DNA from: Sminthopsis crassicaudata
Lineage: Eukaryota
Length of the DNA: 64,000 bases
Reading direction: 5' to 3'
Assembly (NCBI RefSeq): GCF_048593235.1
Contig: NC_133622.1
Coordinates: 238,483,198-238,547,197, forward strand
Shown: positions 11,340-22,905 of the stretch, one piece after another
Layout: every line of letters starts with the position of its first letter
Numbering within the stretch: position 1 is the stretch's first letter
Position numbers and translations under genes: made by a program
Notes under the pieces: generated by a model
What the model was told of the DNA's origin: nothing
Seen by the model: only the letters and a program-made list of their open reading frames with translations
The model's database searches: none

Positions 11340-13800
11340 CAAGCAATCTAGGTTTAACATGTATAATTATTCTAAACATATTCCTACATTGATCATGCTG
11401 CACAAAAACAATCAGATCAAAAAGGGGAAAAATGAAAAAGAAAATAAAATAATTAAATAAACAATAAAATAAAAAAAGGTGAAAACACGTTGTCATCTAC
11501 AATCATTTGCCACAATCCCCTTTCTGGATGCAAATGACTCTATCCATTACAAGCCTATTGGAATTGGCCTGAATCACCTCATTATTGAAAAGAGCCAAGT
11601 CCTTCACAATTGATGATCATGTAAACTTTTTGTTGCTGTGTACAATATTCTCTTGTTTCAACTAATTTCACTTAGCATCAGTTGACGTAACTCTCTTCAG
11701 GTCTTTCTGAAATGAACCTTCTGATCATTTCTTATAGAACAATAATATTTCATTACATTCACATACAATAACTTATTCAGCCATTCCTCAACTGAATGAC
11801 ATTCATTCAGTTTCCAATTCCCTGGCACTACAAAAGGGCTGGTATAAATATTTTTACACATGTGGATTCTTTTCAACCTTTTTTATGATCTCTTTGAGAT
11901 GTAAACCCAGTGGAGACACTGCTAGATCACAGTTTGATAGAACCTTTGGCCATATTTCTAAATTAGTTTCCAGATTGGTTGAATCATTTCATAGCTCCAC
12001 CAGCAATTTATTAGTGTCCCAATTTTCCTACTTTCCTTCCAATATTTATGATTAATGTTTCCTTTTATCTGAGCCAATCTGAGAGTTATATAGTGGTATT
12101 TTGACTTGTCTTAATTTGCATTTTTCTAATCAGTAATGAATTAGAACACTTTTTCATATGACTAGAAATGGCTTTAATATATTCACCTGAAAATTGTCTA
12201 TTCATATCCTTTGTATCATTTGGAGAATGGGTTGTATTCTTATAGATTTGAGTCAGTCCTGTATATATTTGAGAAATGAGGCCTTGGTCAGAACTCTTGG
12301 ATGCAAAATTCCCTCCCACTCAGTTTTCTACTTTCCTTCTAATCTGCGCTGTATTAATTTTTATACAGACTTTTTGATTTAATATAATTAAATTTCATGA
12401 TGTTCTCTAGATATTCTTTGGCCATAAATATCTTTCTTCTTCACAAATCTTCCTAATTTTCTTATAGTATCATCTTTTATGTATAAATCATGAACTCATT
12501 TCAATCTTATCTTGTATATGGTGTTAGATGTTGGTAAATCTCTTATTTGTGTCATTCTCTTTTTCATTTTTTTCCAGAAAATTTTGTCAAGTTCTTATTC
12601 TAAAAGTTGGAGTCTTTGGGAATATAAAACACTTGATTACTGCAGTCATTAACTTTTGTGTGTTAGGAACCTAAGCTCATCCTAAGCTCATACACTGTTT
12701 CTTAGACTATACTATTTTACACTTTGATTCTAGGATATCAGGGCAGTTTTCCTTAATGATTTCTTGAAAGATTTTTCAGGCTTTTTTTTTTTTTATCATG
12801 ATTTTCTCCAGGATCTATTTTCCAGATAATAGTTTTTTCCAATGATGTATTTTACATTTTCTTCTTTTTTTTTCATTTTTTGTTTTGTTTGGATGATTTA
12901 TGATGTCTCATTGAGTCATTAATTTCCATTTGTCCAATATCTAGCTTTTAGTGAATTATTTTCTTCAATTAGCTTTTTAAAAACTCCTTTTGCATTTGGC
13001 CAATTGTACTTTTAAATGAGTTATTTTGTTCATTATTTTTTTCCTATTTCACCAGTTCTACTTTTAAGGTGTTTTTCTAATATTTTTCTTTTTCAATTTC
13101 ACCAAATGTATTTTGAAGGAGTTGTTTTCTTTAGTTAATTTCTGTTTCCCTTTCAAAACTCTCCTGTAAAGCCCTCATTTCAGTCCCCCAATTTCTTCTA
13201 ACTCATTTGAGATCCTTTTTTGAATTTTTCTAATTGAATCTTTTGAGTTGAAGACCAACTCATATCCCTCTTTGAGGCTTTATCTAGAGAGGATTTTCTT
13301 TCAGTATCCACTAGTTTTGAAGTCTTTTCTTCTCTATCTCCATAATAGTTATTTATAGTCAAAGCTCTTTTTGCTTTTTTTTCCTTTTTTTTAAAGGTTG
13401 AGATCTCCTCCAAGGGCACAGAGGGGATTATCCCAAGCTTCCTCTACATGGTGACAGGAGCTTCACACTATACTGGGGTGGGTGCTGCTGTAAGGCTATC
13501 TACCATGTGCTGGATGTTCTTGGCCAAATCTCCCTTGTTATTCTATTCTCAGGGCCTCATTATTTGCCTTCTGTTGTTGTGTTAGAAGGTTCACAGCTAG
13601 TCTGCCGACCTACTGAATTCTGAACTAGGATAGAGAAGACAATGTTGTTCTATTTTGGTTAAAAATCACCTATGAAATTCTATGCATGGGGATTTTCCAG
13701 CTTTGAATTGTGGGATATTTAGTGTTTTTTTTTTCCTACTCTCAAATTCTGGGTTTCAGGAAGCTGTGAATTCTGTCCCTTTTAGAATTCCCAGATCAAG
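11340..13800 (-). mobile_element. Older L1 with 3'UTR, ORF2 C-terminal region and ORF1/5' remnants, internally deleted
   Basis: ORF 12086-12319 SDQGLISQIY...KDMNRQFS...MKKCSNSLLIRKMQIKT; ORF1-like sequence from ~12725 (ORF 13198-13419); outer boundaries approximate. Confidence 0.85.
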
Positions 13801-13959
13801 TGCCACCTTTTACATGATGTTATTCCTAATTTACCAGTTGTTAGTACTTACTCCCTCTCAAAATTACTTAGCATAATTTGTATCTACTTTCTTGTTTGCA
13901 TATAGATTTTTTTTTCCTTTGGTCAAGTGATGAGCCAAAGGTTATACAATAAATGATAT

Positions 13960-14431
13960 TCCGAACTAATTGTATGTCTGTTGATTTTTTAAAGAGGACT
14001 TTAAAAACTAAAAATGGGGAAGTGTATTTGATGTATATTAGAGTAAAGAGGAATCCACTAGATCCTGGAGTTGGGGCATATATAAGGAGTCAGAGCATAT
14101 ATAAGGAGGAAATCTCAGGGCCAAAGAGGACAAGCCCACTAGAGGACAAGCCCACTAGAACAGAAGCCCACTAGAAGCTCTGAGCCTCAGCCAGGATTCA
14201 GTCGAGCATATTCACAAGCCAGAGAAGGTAGCTTAAGTTCTTGGAATCAAGACTACAGAAGGCCTCCAGAAAACTAGCCAAGCCCCAAGTGAAGGAGAAA
14301 AGACTTTAAAGGAAACAATAAAGGATTTGAACTTTAACTCCTGGCTGCATTTGAGGTAATTATTATACTGAACTGAAAGTAAGGCTGCCTCCAGAAACCC
14401 CCTAAGAAACTTGCTCCCAGAGAACATTATA
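13960..14431 (+). mobile_element. Probable solo LTR
   Basis: Two GCATATATAAGGAG TATA-like boxes, three ~16-bp AAGCCCACTAGA repeats, AATAAA near 14317, ends ...GAACATTATA; no clear TSD, start uncertain. Confidence 0.6.
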
Positions 14432-14444
14432 ATTTAGAGAAGAA

Positions 14445-14900
14445 TATTACAGGTCTTCAGTTCCAAATGTTCAGTAATGAAAAGAGCCATCTACACCCAG
14501 GGAGAGGACTATAGGAACTGAGTGTGGACCATAACAAAGAATTTTCACTCATTCTGTTTTTGTTTGCTTGCATTTTTGTTTACCTTCTTAGGGTTTTTTC
14601 CTTTGTAGATCTGATTTTTCTTGTGCAGCAAGATAACTTAAGGATATATATATATTGGATTTACCATGTATTTAATATGTATTGGACTACCTGCCATCTA
14701 GGGGAGGGGGTGGGGGAAAGGAAAAGAAAATTTGGAACAGAAAATTTTGTAAATTTTTTGTTGAAAAATTAGAAAAAAGTTTGAAGAAAAAGAAAACCTC
14801 TGGTTCAACCATTTTGAAGAACAACCTGGAATTATGCCCAAAGATTTATAAAACTTTGTAAAAAATAAAATGTATAAAAATAATGATGATATAATAATTA
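14445..14900 (+). mobile_element. L1 3'UTR fragment plus a short ORF2 piece
   Basis: Marsupial L1 3'UTR signature CTGCCATCTAGGGGAGGGGGTGGGGG; ORF2-like CAACCATTTTGAAGAACAACCTGGAATTATGCCCAAAG at ~14800-14850. Confidence 0.8.
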
Positions 14901-16984
14901 AAAAAAATAAAAATAAAAAATAAAAGACATAGGTCTTAGTCTCTGAATTCAATTGGCCTGAAATGGGTTAATTTGGGAAATGTAGCTTTCCTATTAATCA
15001 CTGATTTAGTCTTGCCTTATAGAATTTTGCTATCCTTAGGGAATGTGAATGAATGCAAAGCAGTCATGTCTGACGCTTTTATTCCATTTAGCTAAATGTC
15101 AAGGATATCTGGTTTGCTGTACAAACATCTGAGTCACAATCTCATACCTGGACTCAAACAAAATGTACTTCTTAGTCTCATAAAATAAGAATGGATGTCC
15201 TTGCTAGGTCCCATTACTGAATTTCCTACCACCCATCTTGTATTCTGTGCTTCAACTCTCTAACAATATTATCCTTAATACCATGATGTCAATGACCCTA
15301 TTCTTTTCTTTATTCTGCATTCTTTCTTCAAAACTTACAAAAAGAGAATTGTCCTTTTGTTTAGGGTCTTTGGCATAGAAAAACACAAAACATTGAACCA
15401 TTTTTTAGCAGGCATCATTACCCTGGGACTAAATGTTATCTTGCTTTCAGATTTGCCTTGTTTTATCATTTTGTCAAATTTTACACATGACAAGCTTTAT
15501 AAGGCAAAGATAATATTACTACAATTTATTTTAAAAATGTTAATTTTGAGATATCCATGGAACATCCTACTCTAAATACCATTAAAAATGGTGATATGTG
15601 GGACTAGAGTTCAAAAGAGAGACTAGTAAACTTGTTTACTTATATAATCCATATACATATAGTCGAGTTTGATATCTGTAAAACGCATTATGTGCATATA
15701 ACACGCACATGCATGTACACATATTAATATACAAATGTTTTTACACACAAATCATAGTTCCAGTTTCTTCCTCAACTTCAACTCCTGTCCTTTTACTTGT
15801 AATCCCTAATTAGTTTTGAGAATTAGATGCAGTATGACTCACTAAAAGAGAACTATTCTGATCCCTGTAGTTTCCAGTGCCTATTTAATTTAATTTTTAT
15901 ATACTTTAGTCTTGTGGATTATCTTTGTGTCCCAACTTTAGCTGCTTATACATTTAATACATTCTTCCCAGAAATTAGATAATTCAAGGAAATAACACCA
16001 TATGCAAGTATGCAAGGCAATGTTTTACTCTATTTCTGTCTCTCTCCTATTCTCTCACAGGCATACACACAGACACATACATATTCAAAAGTGGCCAATA
16101 TATTAGAGGATGGGACATTTATTGTAATCTTGTAAAAAAGATTGGGTAGTCTTTGGGGTTTTATCAATAAAGGCATGTGAGCAAAATTGAAGTGGAACAG
16201 TATACATTATTCTCGAGGTGGCATCCATCAATATTATCAAATGTAATAGATTTCAAAAAGGACATGGGTGGAGGACTTCTATAAGATATTGTAATTAAAG
16301 ATTATTTTTAACTTTGCTAAGAATGATTTACTTGAATTATAAGATCAAAATGTAAATTGTCAAAGAATTTTAAGTTTCCAGGACTTCCCAATGAAGTAAA
16401 ATCCTATTTTCAATGTGCTTAAGCAACTGCTTAAATGGTTTTAAAGTGTGGCATGGATTTTAATAAGTGGAGTAATGTTTTTAGAAATATGGGAGAAATA
16501 TTCCAGAAATGCAACCAAATACTATTTGATGCCCCTCACTGACTTATGTCTAATCTTATTCTTTTCCTTCTAACTAAATTTTAGGGATAACACTTGTTTA
16601 TATCCAAAATTTTATGACAATTTAAATTATATGTTTTTTAATCATAAAAGTAATTTAAAATTGTATCTAACCAAAAGTTTCATTATATTTTTTAAACAGG
16701 AATACTGAATATTCATTTTTTTCACTCAAAAGAAACAATTTTAACAAATTATTTCTAATATCAAAGGAAATAGACACTACTCCTTATCCTTGATCATTTC
16801 AATATCTATAACTCATGCAGTATATAATTCATGTAAAAAAGATCCCAGCTTTATATTGAAGATTGAAAAATCTGAATTTTGGACTCAATCAATTGGATTT
16901 TTATGAAAATCAAAAATAACTAGTAGACATATTGCACTTTAAGGTACGCAAAATAAAAACTCTTTGAATAATAGGATTATATTG

Positions 16985-17115
16985 TTATCCTTACTTTACA
17001 TATGAGAAAACTGAGGCTGAAAGAAGTTAAGTGCTTATCCAGGTTCATAGAAGTTAGTGTTTGAAGAAAGATTTGAATGCTGGTCATTCTTAACCCAACC
17101 TCAGGGTTCTAAGTA
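16985..17115 (-). mobile_element. MIR-type SINE remnant
   Basis: TTTACATATGAGAAAACTGAGGCT...GTTAAGTG...GATTTGAA core in antisense. Confidence 0.7.
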
Positions 17116-17215
17116 CTAAATATAAGGAAGATAGAAAAAAAAAAAGGGGGGGGGCGGGAAACAAAAACAAATTAGAATATAGACCAATCAAGAAATTTAT
17201 AGAGAATAAATCAAA

Positions 17216-18164
17216 ATGGAAAATTAAAACAAAGTAACTGAATTCATTTTTGTAAGCTTTACACAAAATTCAGGCCCTTAAAAATATTCTTTATCATTTT
17301 TAAAATGACATCTATTTTCATTGTCACAGGGAATGTACTCATTGTCATAACCATAACTGCCAGCCAGACTTTGAGATAACCCATATATATATATTTTTCC
17401 CCTAAATTTCTTATCCATCTAGATGTTACCTGCTCTTCAATCATTGCTTCAATGATGGCTGTGGATTTGCCATATGAAAAGACAATCACCTTGCTGAAAA
17501 GCTGTCTGACCCGGCTGTTTGTAGAACACTTTTTTGGTGGTGTTGGAATCATCCTCTTTGTGGGCATGGCTTATGCTCGGTATGTGGCCATCTGTAAACC
17601 CCTGCACTACATGACCATCATGAATCCTCGTTTGTGCCAGCTGTTGGTGGCAGCAGCCTGGATGGGGGGCTCTGTAATGCTACCATTCAATTAATCTTCA
17701 TGGCTCATCTTCCATTCTGTGGCCCTAATGTAATCGATCATTTCATGTGTGATTTGTTCCCATTGCTGAAATTGGCCTGCATGTACACCCAAGTTCTCAG
17801 CCTTTTAGTCATTGCTAACAGTGGAATAATGTGCCTGTCCATCTTTCTCATTCTAATTGTCTCCTATATCCTTATCCTCTCTTCCCTGAAGTGTGGTTGT
17901 TCAGAAGGAAAGAGAAAGGCCCTTTCTACCTGCAGCTTTCACTTCACAGTGGTGGTCTTATTTTTTGCTCCCTGTATATTCTTGTATGTGAGACCAGTAG
18001 CCACTTTTCCGATAGACAAAGCTGTAGCTGTATGTTTTACTATGATTACTCCTATGTTAAACCCTTTGATTTATACCCTGAGGAATACAGAAGTTAAAAA
18101 TGCCATGTGGAAACTCTGGATCAGAAGAATGTCTTTGACTCTTCAGGAAAAGTCAGCCTACTAA
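17216..18164 (+). pseudogene. OR4C6-like olfactory receptor pseudogene
   Basis: ATGGAAAAT-TAA-AAC... start; stops at 17225, 17279 and 17377; frameshifts near 17281, ~17420 and 17676; MAYARY in place of MAYDRY; the 3' part (ORF 17634-18164) keeps [19 protein letters not shown] and PMLNPLIY. Confidence 0.95.
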
Positions 18165-18453
18165 TTAAAAAGCATTCAAAGACAGCAGAAGGATGTTAAT
18201 GTTTTGAGAATAATATTTTATTTAGTTTTTAATTAATTAACTTAAAATTTAAATACAAAATAGAAAAAAAATACTTTTTTGCATAGAAGTACATGAGAGA
18301 ATTCGATATATAAAGCAATACATTTCCATTTTAAGAAAATGAATATCATAAATATTTCCTATTGTATTCAGAGCTAGCCATCTTTTCTTATCTTCCTTGT
18401 AGGTTTTCTTTTGTTCTTTGTTGTGCACATTTTAATTTATATATATACACATA

Positions 18454-18786
18454 TGCTGGAACTTTGTCTTCCCAGAAATCAGCTGGAGTCAGGATAATCA
18501 AAAGTCTTTTTTCTTAGTCTTTTGAGGTAGAGGTCAGGGGATTAGATCTAGCAATCTCCATATCTCCTTCCTCTCTCTCCACTCCCAGGAGAATGAATCA
18601 ATTTCCTCCTCCTACTCCACCCACACAAGTCACTTCCCCTTCCTTCTCCACACCTACCAACCGAGCCAGCACAGAATAGTTGGGTAGGGTCATCCTTCAA
18701 ACATATTAATAGAGAATTATCCAATTGGCAATTAGTCTCACATGCTCCACTATCCAAGTGCATTTGCTCAGTCCTAGCCCTTTACA
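18454..18786 (-). mobile_element. Solo LTR (same family as 54783-55106)
   Basis: TG...CA ends; the reverse complement starts TGTAAAGGGCTAGGACTGAGCAAATGCA, as does the 54783 copy; 6-bp TSD CACATA/TACATA (1 mismatch). Confidence 0.85.
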
Positions 18787-18856
18787 TACATATACATATG
18801 CATATGTAGAAATCTATCATTATAAAGAAATATACTTAAAAACACTGCAGTAAGAC

Positions 18857-19207
18857 TGTTAGGTTCTTACTAAGTGCTAATGAGATAATGAGATATTAGG
18901 TTCTTACTAAGTGCTAAGTTGGTACTTAACAATTCTCTAGTTCCAGCCTTTACTGGGAGTTTTACATCTATGAACTCCTGGGGAGGAGCTCGCATACTTA
19001 GGAGGAGCAAGTTCATTGGTTGAAGTAATTTTTCCCCAGAAGCCCTTGCATTATCCCAAGCCCACTTTCTGGGAGGATAAAAGAGGGCTGCACTTGAGAG
19101 ATAGAGAATCTTGTCTGGACCAGTCTTGAGGCAGCTCTCTGGAGGAAGAAGTCTCTCCTCTAGCCCAGAGAGCAATCGGCAGTTTCTGGAGATGACAGCA
19201 CATTACA
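18857..19207 (+). mobile_element. Solo LTR, 351 bp
   Basis: TGTTAGG...CATTACA ends, perfect 6-bp TSD TAAGAC (18851-18856 and 19208-19213), internal repeat TTAGGTTCTTACTAAGTGCTAA x2, GATAAAAG TATA-like box. Confidence 0.88.
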
Positions 19208-20663
19208 TAAGACCATACTCTGCTTGCTTTTCCTCTATTTCTCTAAAGGTAGATAATATATTCCTTCGTAAATCCAAGTCTTTCCATTTTTTGTAAATCC
19301 ACAAAATGATCATTTCTCATGTAGAATATTGTATAAATGAGTCCAGATTTTCCATTCACTAGCAAAGATCACAATCTGTTCATAAATTTCCCCCTTATTT
19401 TTTCCTAGCCCTTTTTTCCCATGAATTTCTGAGAGGTTATAACTGACATATAAAAAAACATGATGAAGACAAATATTAACTGAGCCTGAAAGAAGGTATG
19501 TACAATATTTTTATTCATTGTTCTTCATCTAATAATAATGATTATAATTAAATTGTTATATCCCAATATGGTCAGTAAAAGATATTATTTCTCAAAGTAC
19601 TTTACAAATATTACCTAATTTTGCCCTTACATCATCTCTCAGAGGTAAGTGCCATTATTATAATCCCTTTGCACACAAAGACCTTTAGGCTGATACAGTG
19701 TATATGTAGCTGACTCTTACAGGGCCCCACAGAAAATCATCATCTGATTAAAAAAATAAATTGATATCTTACTAAATTAAATCTAAAGTTCTATCAATTG
19801 TACCAGGCATCTCCCTCCCATTGTGCCTTTGCAGAAAAGGGAGAGAAGTATATTTTGCCAAGTTCTCTCTGGGATAGACTCTGGTATACATTTATGCATG
19901 GTTTGGTTTGTTTTTGTTTTTATTTTGTTTTTAATATTAGTTTTTTTTGTGTGTGTGTATTTTCAAGGTGATTGTGAATATTGGCTTTTTGTTGTTGTTT
20001 TATTTCATTCAAAAGAGTTTCCATGAGTTTCTGAATTATTCATATGTTTTATTTCTTAAGGTATGGTACTCTCTTATTCCATATTCAAGTATTGTATCAT
20101 ACTTTTGTATCCATTTTCCAATCAATAGTATATGTTATTTTTAATTCTTTGTCATTATGAAAGTACACTTATAAATAGTGTTACTTCTTTGAATTTAATG
20201 CCTATATTTGTCTTTTGCATGTGTCTAATTCAAGAAGGTTTTGCCAAAGGGTATCTATATTTTGTCTTATATTTTTTGAGCTTCACTCTAAGTTGTTTGC
20301 TAGAATAGAGAGACTAAATCAGAGTTCTGCCCACATTGCATTATTGTGCCTCTCTTTAAGAAGGTTCTCCAAAATTGACCATTTTCTCCCTTCCTCATAT
20401 TTTCCAACTTGGTAGATTGATCTATGCTTTTATTTTATTGGAAATGTCTTAGAATGTAGTTACAATTAGTAAAAATATAATATTATAATATTGGATAAAA
20501 GGATTTGATTTTGTTTTGTATTAGTCCCTTCCTATATTCTCTTCTTAATTTGATTATATGCCTTCAGTTTTGGACAAAAGTAACAAAAATGAAATTTTCC
20601 TTTGACCTTCAATTTTGATTCTTTCTTAGCTATTGAAATATCCTCATGGAGCTATAAGATCAC

Positions 20664-20860
20664 TGTGATGGGAGAGCCCCAAAACGCTTTCTCTTTCTTT
20701 CTCTCTGACTTTGGGGGTGATTCATGAGGTGAAGCACTTGAAAAGCTACTTGAAGGAGAGATTCTCATTAAACCCTGCCTCTACTAAAGACCCTCCCCAG
20801 GGAATCAAGTTAATGTGGTTTCATCCTATTGAGTTGGAAATTAGCCCAGAGGCACTCATT
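20664..20860 (+). mobile_element. Possible LTR fragment cut by the L1 insertion
   Basis: Starts TGTGATGGG and shifts to LTR-like composition; no terminal CA or TSD found. Confidence 0.3.
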
Positions 20861-20871
20861 TAATTTCATGA

Positions 20872-21517
20872 TTTTGGGGCATAATTCCAGATTGCTCTCC
20901 AGAATGGTTGGATTCCTTCACAATTCCACCAACAATGCATCAGTGTCCCAGTTTTCCCACATCCCCTCCAACATTTATCATTATTTTTTTCCTGCCATCT
21001 TAGCTAATTGGATGGTGTGTAGTGGTATCTCAGAGTTGTCTTAATTTGCATTTCTCTGATCAGTAGTTATTTGGAATACACATATGAGTGGAAATAGTTT
21101 CAATTTCATCATCTGAAAATTGTCTCTTCATATCCTTTGACTATTTATAAATTGGAGAATGGTTTGATTTTTTATGAATTAGTCAATTCTCTATATATTT
21201 TGGAACTGATGCCTTTATCAGAACTTTTGACTGTAAAAATGTTTTCTCAGTTTATTGCTTCCCTTCTAATCTTGTCTGTATTAGTTTTGTTATCAAACTC
21301 TGCATACCCTTTGATCCAGCAGTGCTACTATTGGGCTTATATCCCAAAGAAATACTAAACAAGGGAAACGGACCTGTATGTGCCAAAATGTTTGTGGCGG
21401 CCCTTTATGTAGTGGCATAGAAACTGGAAAATGAACAGATGCCCATCAATTGGAGAATGGTTGGGTAAATTATGGTATATCAACATTATGGAATATTATT
21501 ACCCTTCTATAAGGAAT
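20872..21517 (+). mobile_element. 5'-inverted L1 ORF2 fragment (twin-priming structure), 3' end lost
   Basis: 20872-21290 is antisense ORF2 whose L1-sense end is ...AATTATGCCCCAAAA; 21291-21517 is sense ORF2 starting TATCAAACTCTGCATACCC (IKLCIPFDPA); the two pieces are contiguous in the intact L1 copy at 147-200. Confidence 0.9.
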
Positions 21518-22454
21518 AGCTCAGACATATTTCCAAGGGAACAACCTGCTCTAAAGGGTCATTATTGGATCTGTGGTTTAACTGCCTATACTCACCTGCC
21601 TCTCAATTGGACAGGGAATTATTATATTGGACTAATAAGGCCAAAATTTTTCTTTCTTCCCGAACAGGCAAACCAATATTTAGGGATTCAGTTGTATGAT
21701 GATTTGGGAAGGGGGAAACGGAGTTTAGATACCTCCATCACTTGGACTGGAGATGCAAATGGTTGGGGTGAGGCCTGGCCTCCAGAAAGAATAGTCAAAG
21801 AGTATGGGCCAGCGACCTGGGCTCAAGATGGAAGTTGGGGATATAGAACTCCAATATACATGTTGAACAGGATAATTAGGCTTCAGGCAGTTGTAGAGAG
21901 TATCACCAATCAGACAGCTGAGGCACTAGATCTTTTGGCTGATGAAGCTACTCAAACCAGAGAGGCTGTTTTACAACATAGACTTGTGCTGGATTATTTG
22001 TTGACTGAGGAAGGGGGAGTTTGTGCTAAACTAAATTTATCCACATGTTGTATAAAGATTGATAACAATGGTAATCTAGTGAAAGAAATCACTAAGAACA
22101 TTAGGAAACTTGCTCATGTTCCTGTACAGACGTGGACCTCACTGTTCAGTACTTCTTAATGGTCCTGGTTTGGGAAGCTGGTGGAAGCAGCTCTTTTGGT
22201 TTGGCCTTATAGACCTTAGTGGTGTTATATTATTCCCTATCTACATCCCTTGTTTGATCAAATTAATAACCAGAATTGTCCAAAACTCATCATCTGGAAT
22301 GATCAGGTTGGAAGAGAAAGCTGAAGGGTCTGTTAAATGGGCAAGGGTGGAGCCGGTGGCTCAAGGCCAACAGGAACCAGAAGGAAGTGAGGATTTCATA
22401 GGGAATGTGAAATTATGTTACAAAAATTTGAAGAGGTCTCAGTGTACAAAATAA
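21518..22454 (+). pseudogene. env: Endogenous retrovirus envelope remnant, ERV3/HERV-I-like class I (C-terminal SU plus TM)
   Basis: HYWICG...LPLNWTG, furin site RGKR (21710-21721), YGPATWAQDGSWGYRTPIYMLNRIIRLQAV, immunosuppressive domain LQHRLVLDYLL, CX7CC (CAKLNLSTCC); stop at 22157-22159 and +1 frameshift at ~22175 before the membrane anchor (ORF 22110-22454). Confidence 0.95.
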
Positions 22455-22464
22455 GAGGAGGGAC

Positions 22465-22905
22465 TGAATGAGATGAGGTGAGATCTTTCAAGACAGTTGT
22501 GAAAATCGAGTAAGGCTTCATCTACTTCAGAGTTCCAGTAGGCCTGAAGGACTCTGAAGTTCCAGCAAAGGGCATTGCCTTCCCCTCCTATGATATCATC
22601 TCCCTATTTCATCCAAATATGGGCAACTATGTACTTATTGGTCAAGTTCAATTTCATGGGTAGATCTCTTGTTTAGAATGTAAGACTCTCAGCCAATGAG
22701 GATGAGGGTCAGTGGTGGGAGGGGGCGTTTTGCGTTAGGGATTAAAAGTGCTGTCCTGCCCACAGGAGGTGCCTCCTCTCTGCAATAGTCTGCTCAAAGG
22801 GTGGGACACCCTTCTTGTGAGAATGTACAATAAACTTTGCTTTTCTCTAGAGCTCTCTCCAGCTTTTTTTATTAAATGGTGTTCCCTCACCATTTCCGTA
22901 CCACA
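22465..22905 (+). mobile_element. 3' LTR of the env-bearing provirus, preceded by the polypurine tract
   Basis: PPT AAGAGGAGGGA (22453-22463); LTR TGAATG...CCACA (end 22905 or 22907), CCAAT box ~22692, GATTAAAAG ~22740, AATAAA 22829-22834. Confidence 0.88.

Larger units (their letters stand above)
18200..19400 (-). mobile_element. Old L1 3' remnant interrupted by two solo LTRs
   Basis: Degenerate antisense L1 3'UTR-type sequence on both sides of the LTRs; boundaries approximate. Confidence 0.5.

Noticed and set aside
17634-18164. 176-aa ORF as a separate short GPCR gene
   Set aside because: It is the post-frameshift 3' half of the OR pseudogene, and its N-terminus is out-of-frame sequence.
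22157-22159. TGG->TAA stop as an APOBEC hypermutation signature
   Set aside because: A single site with an inferred ancestral state; many other TGG codons in the env are intact.
21518-22454. Identity with a domesticated marsupial env (syncytin-Opo1 or pan-Mars-env2)
   Set aside because: The signal peptide and most of SU are missing, the LTR and PPT are still crisp, and the TM has lesions; this is a decayed proviral fragment rather than a captured gene.
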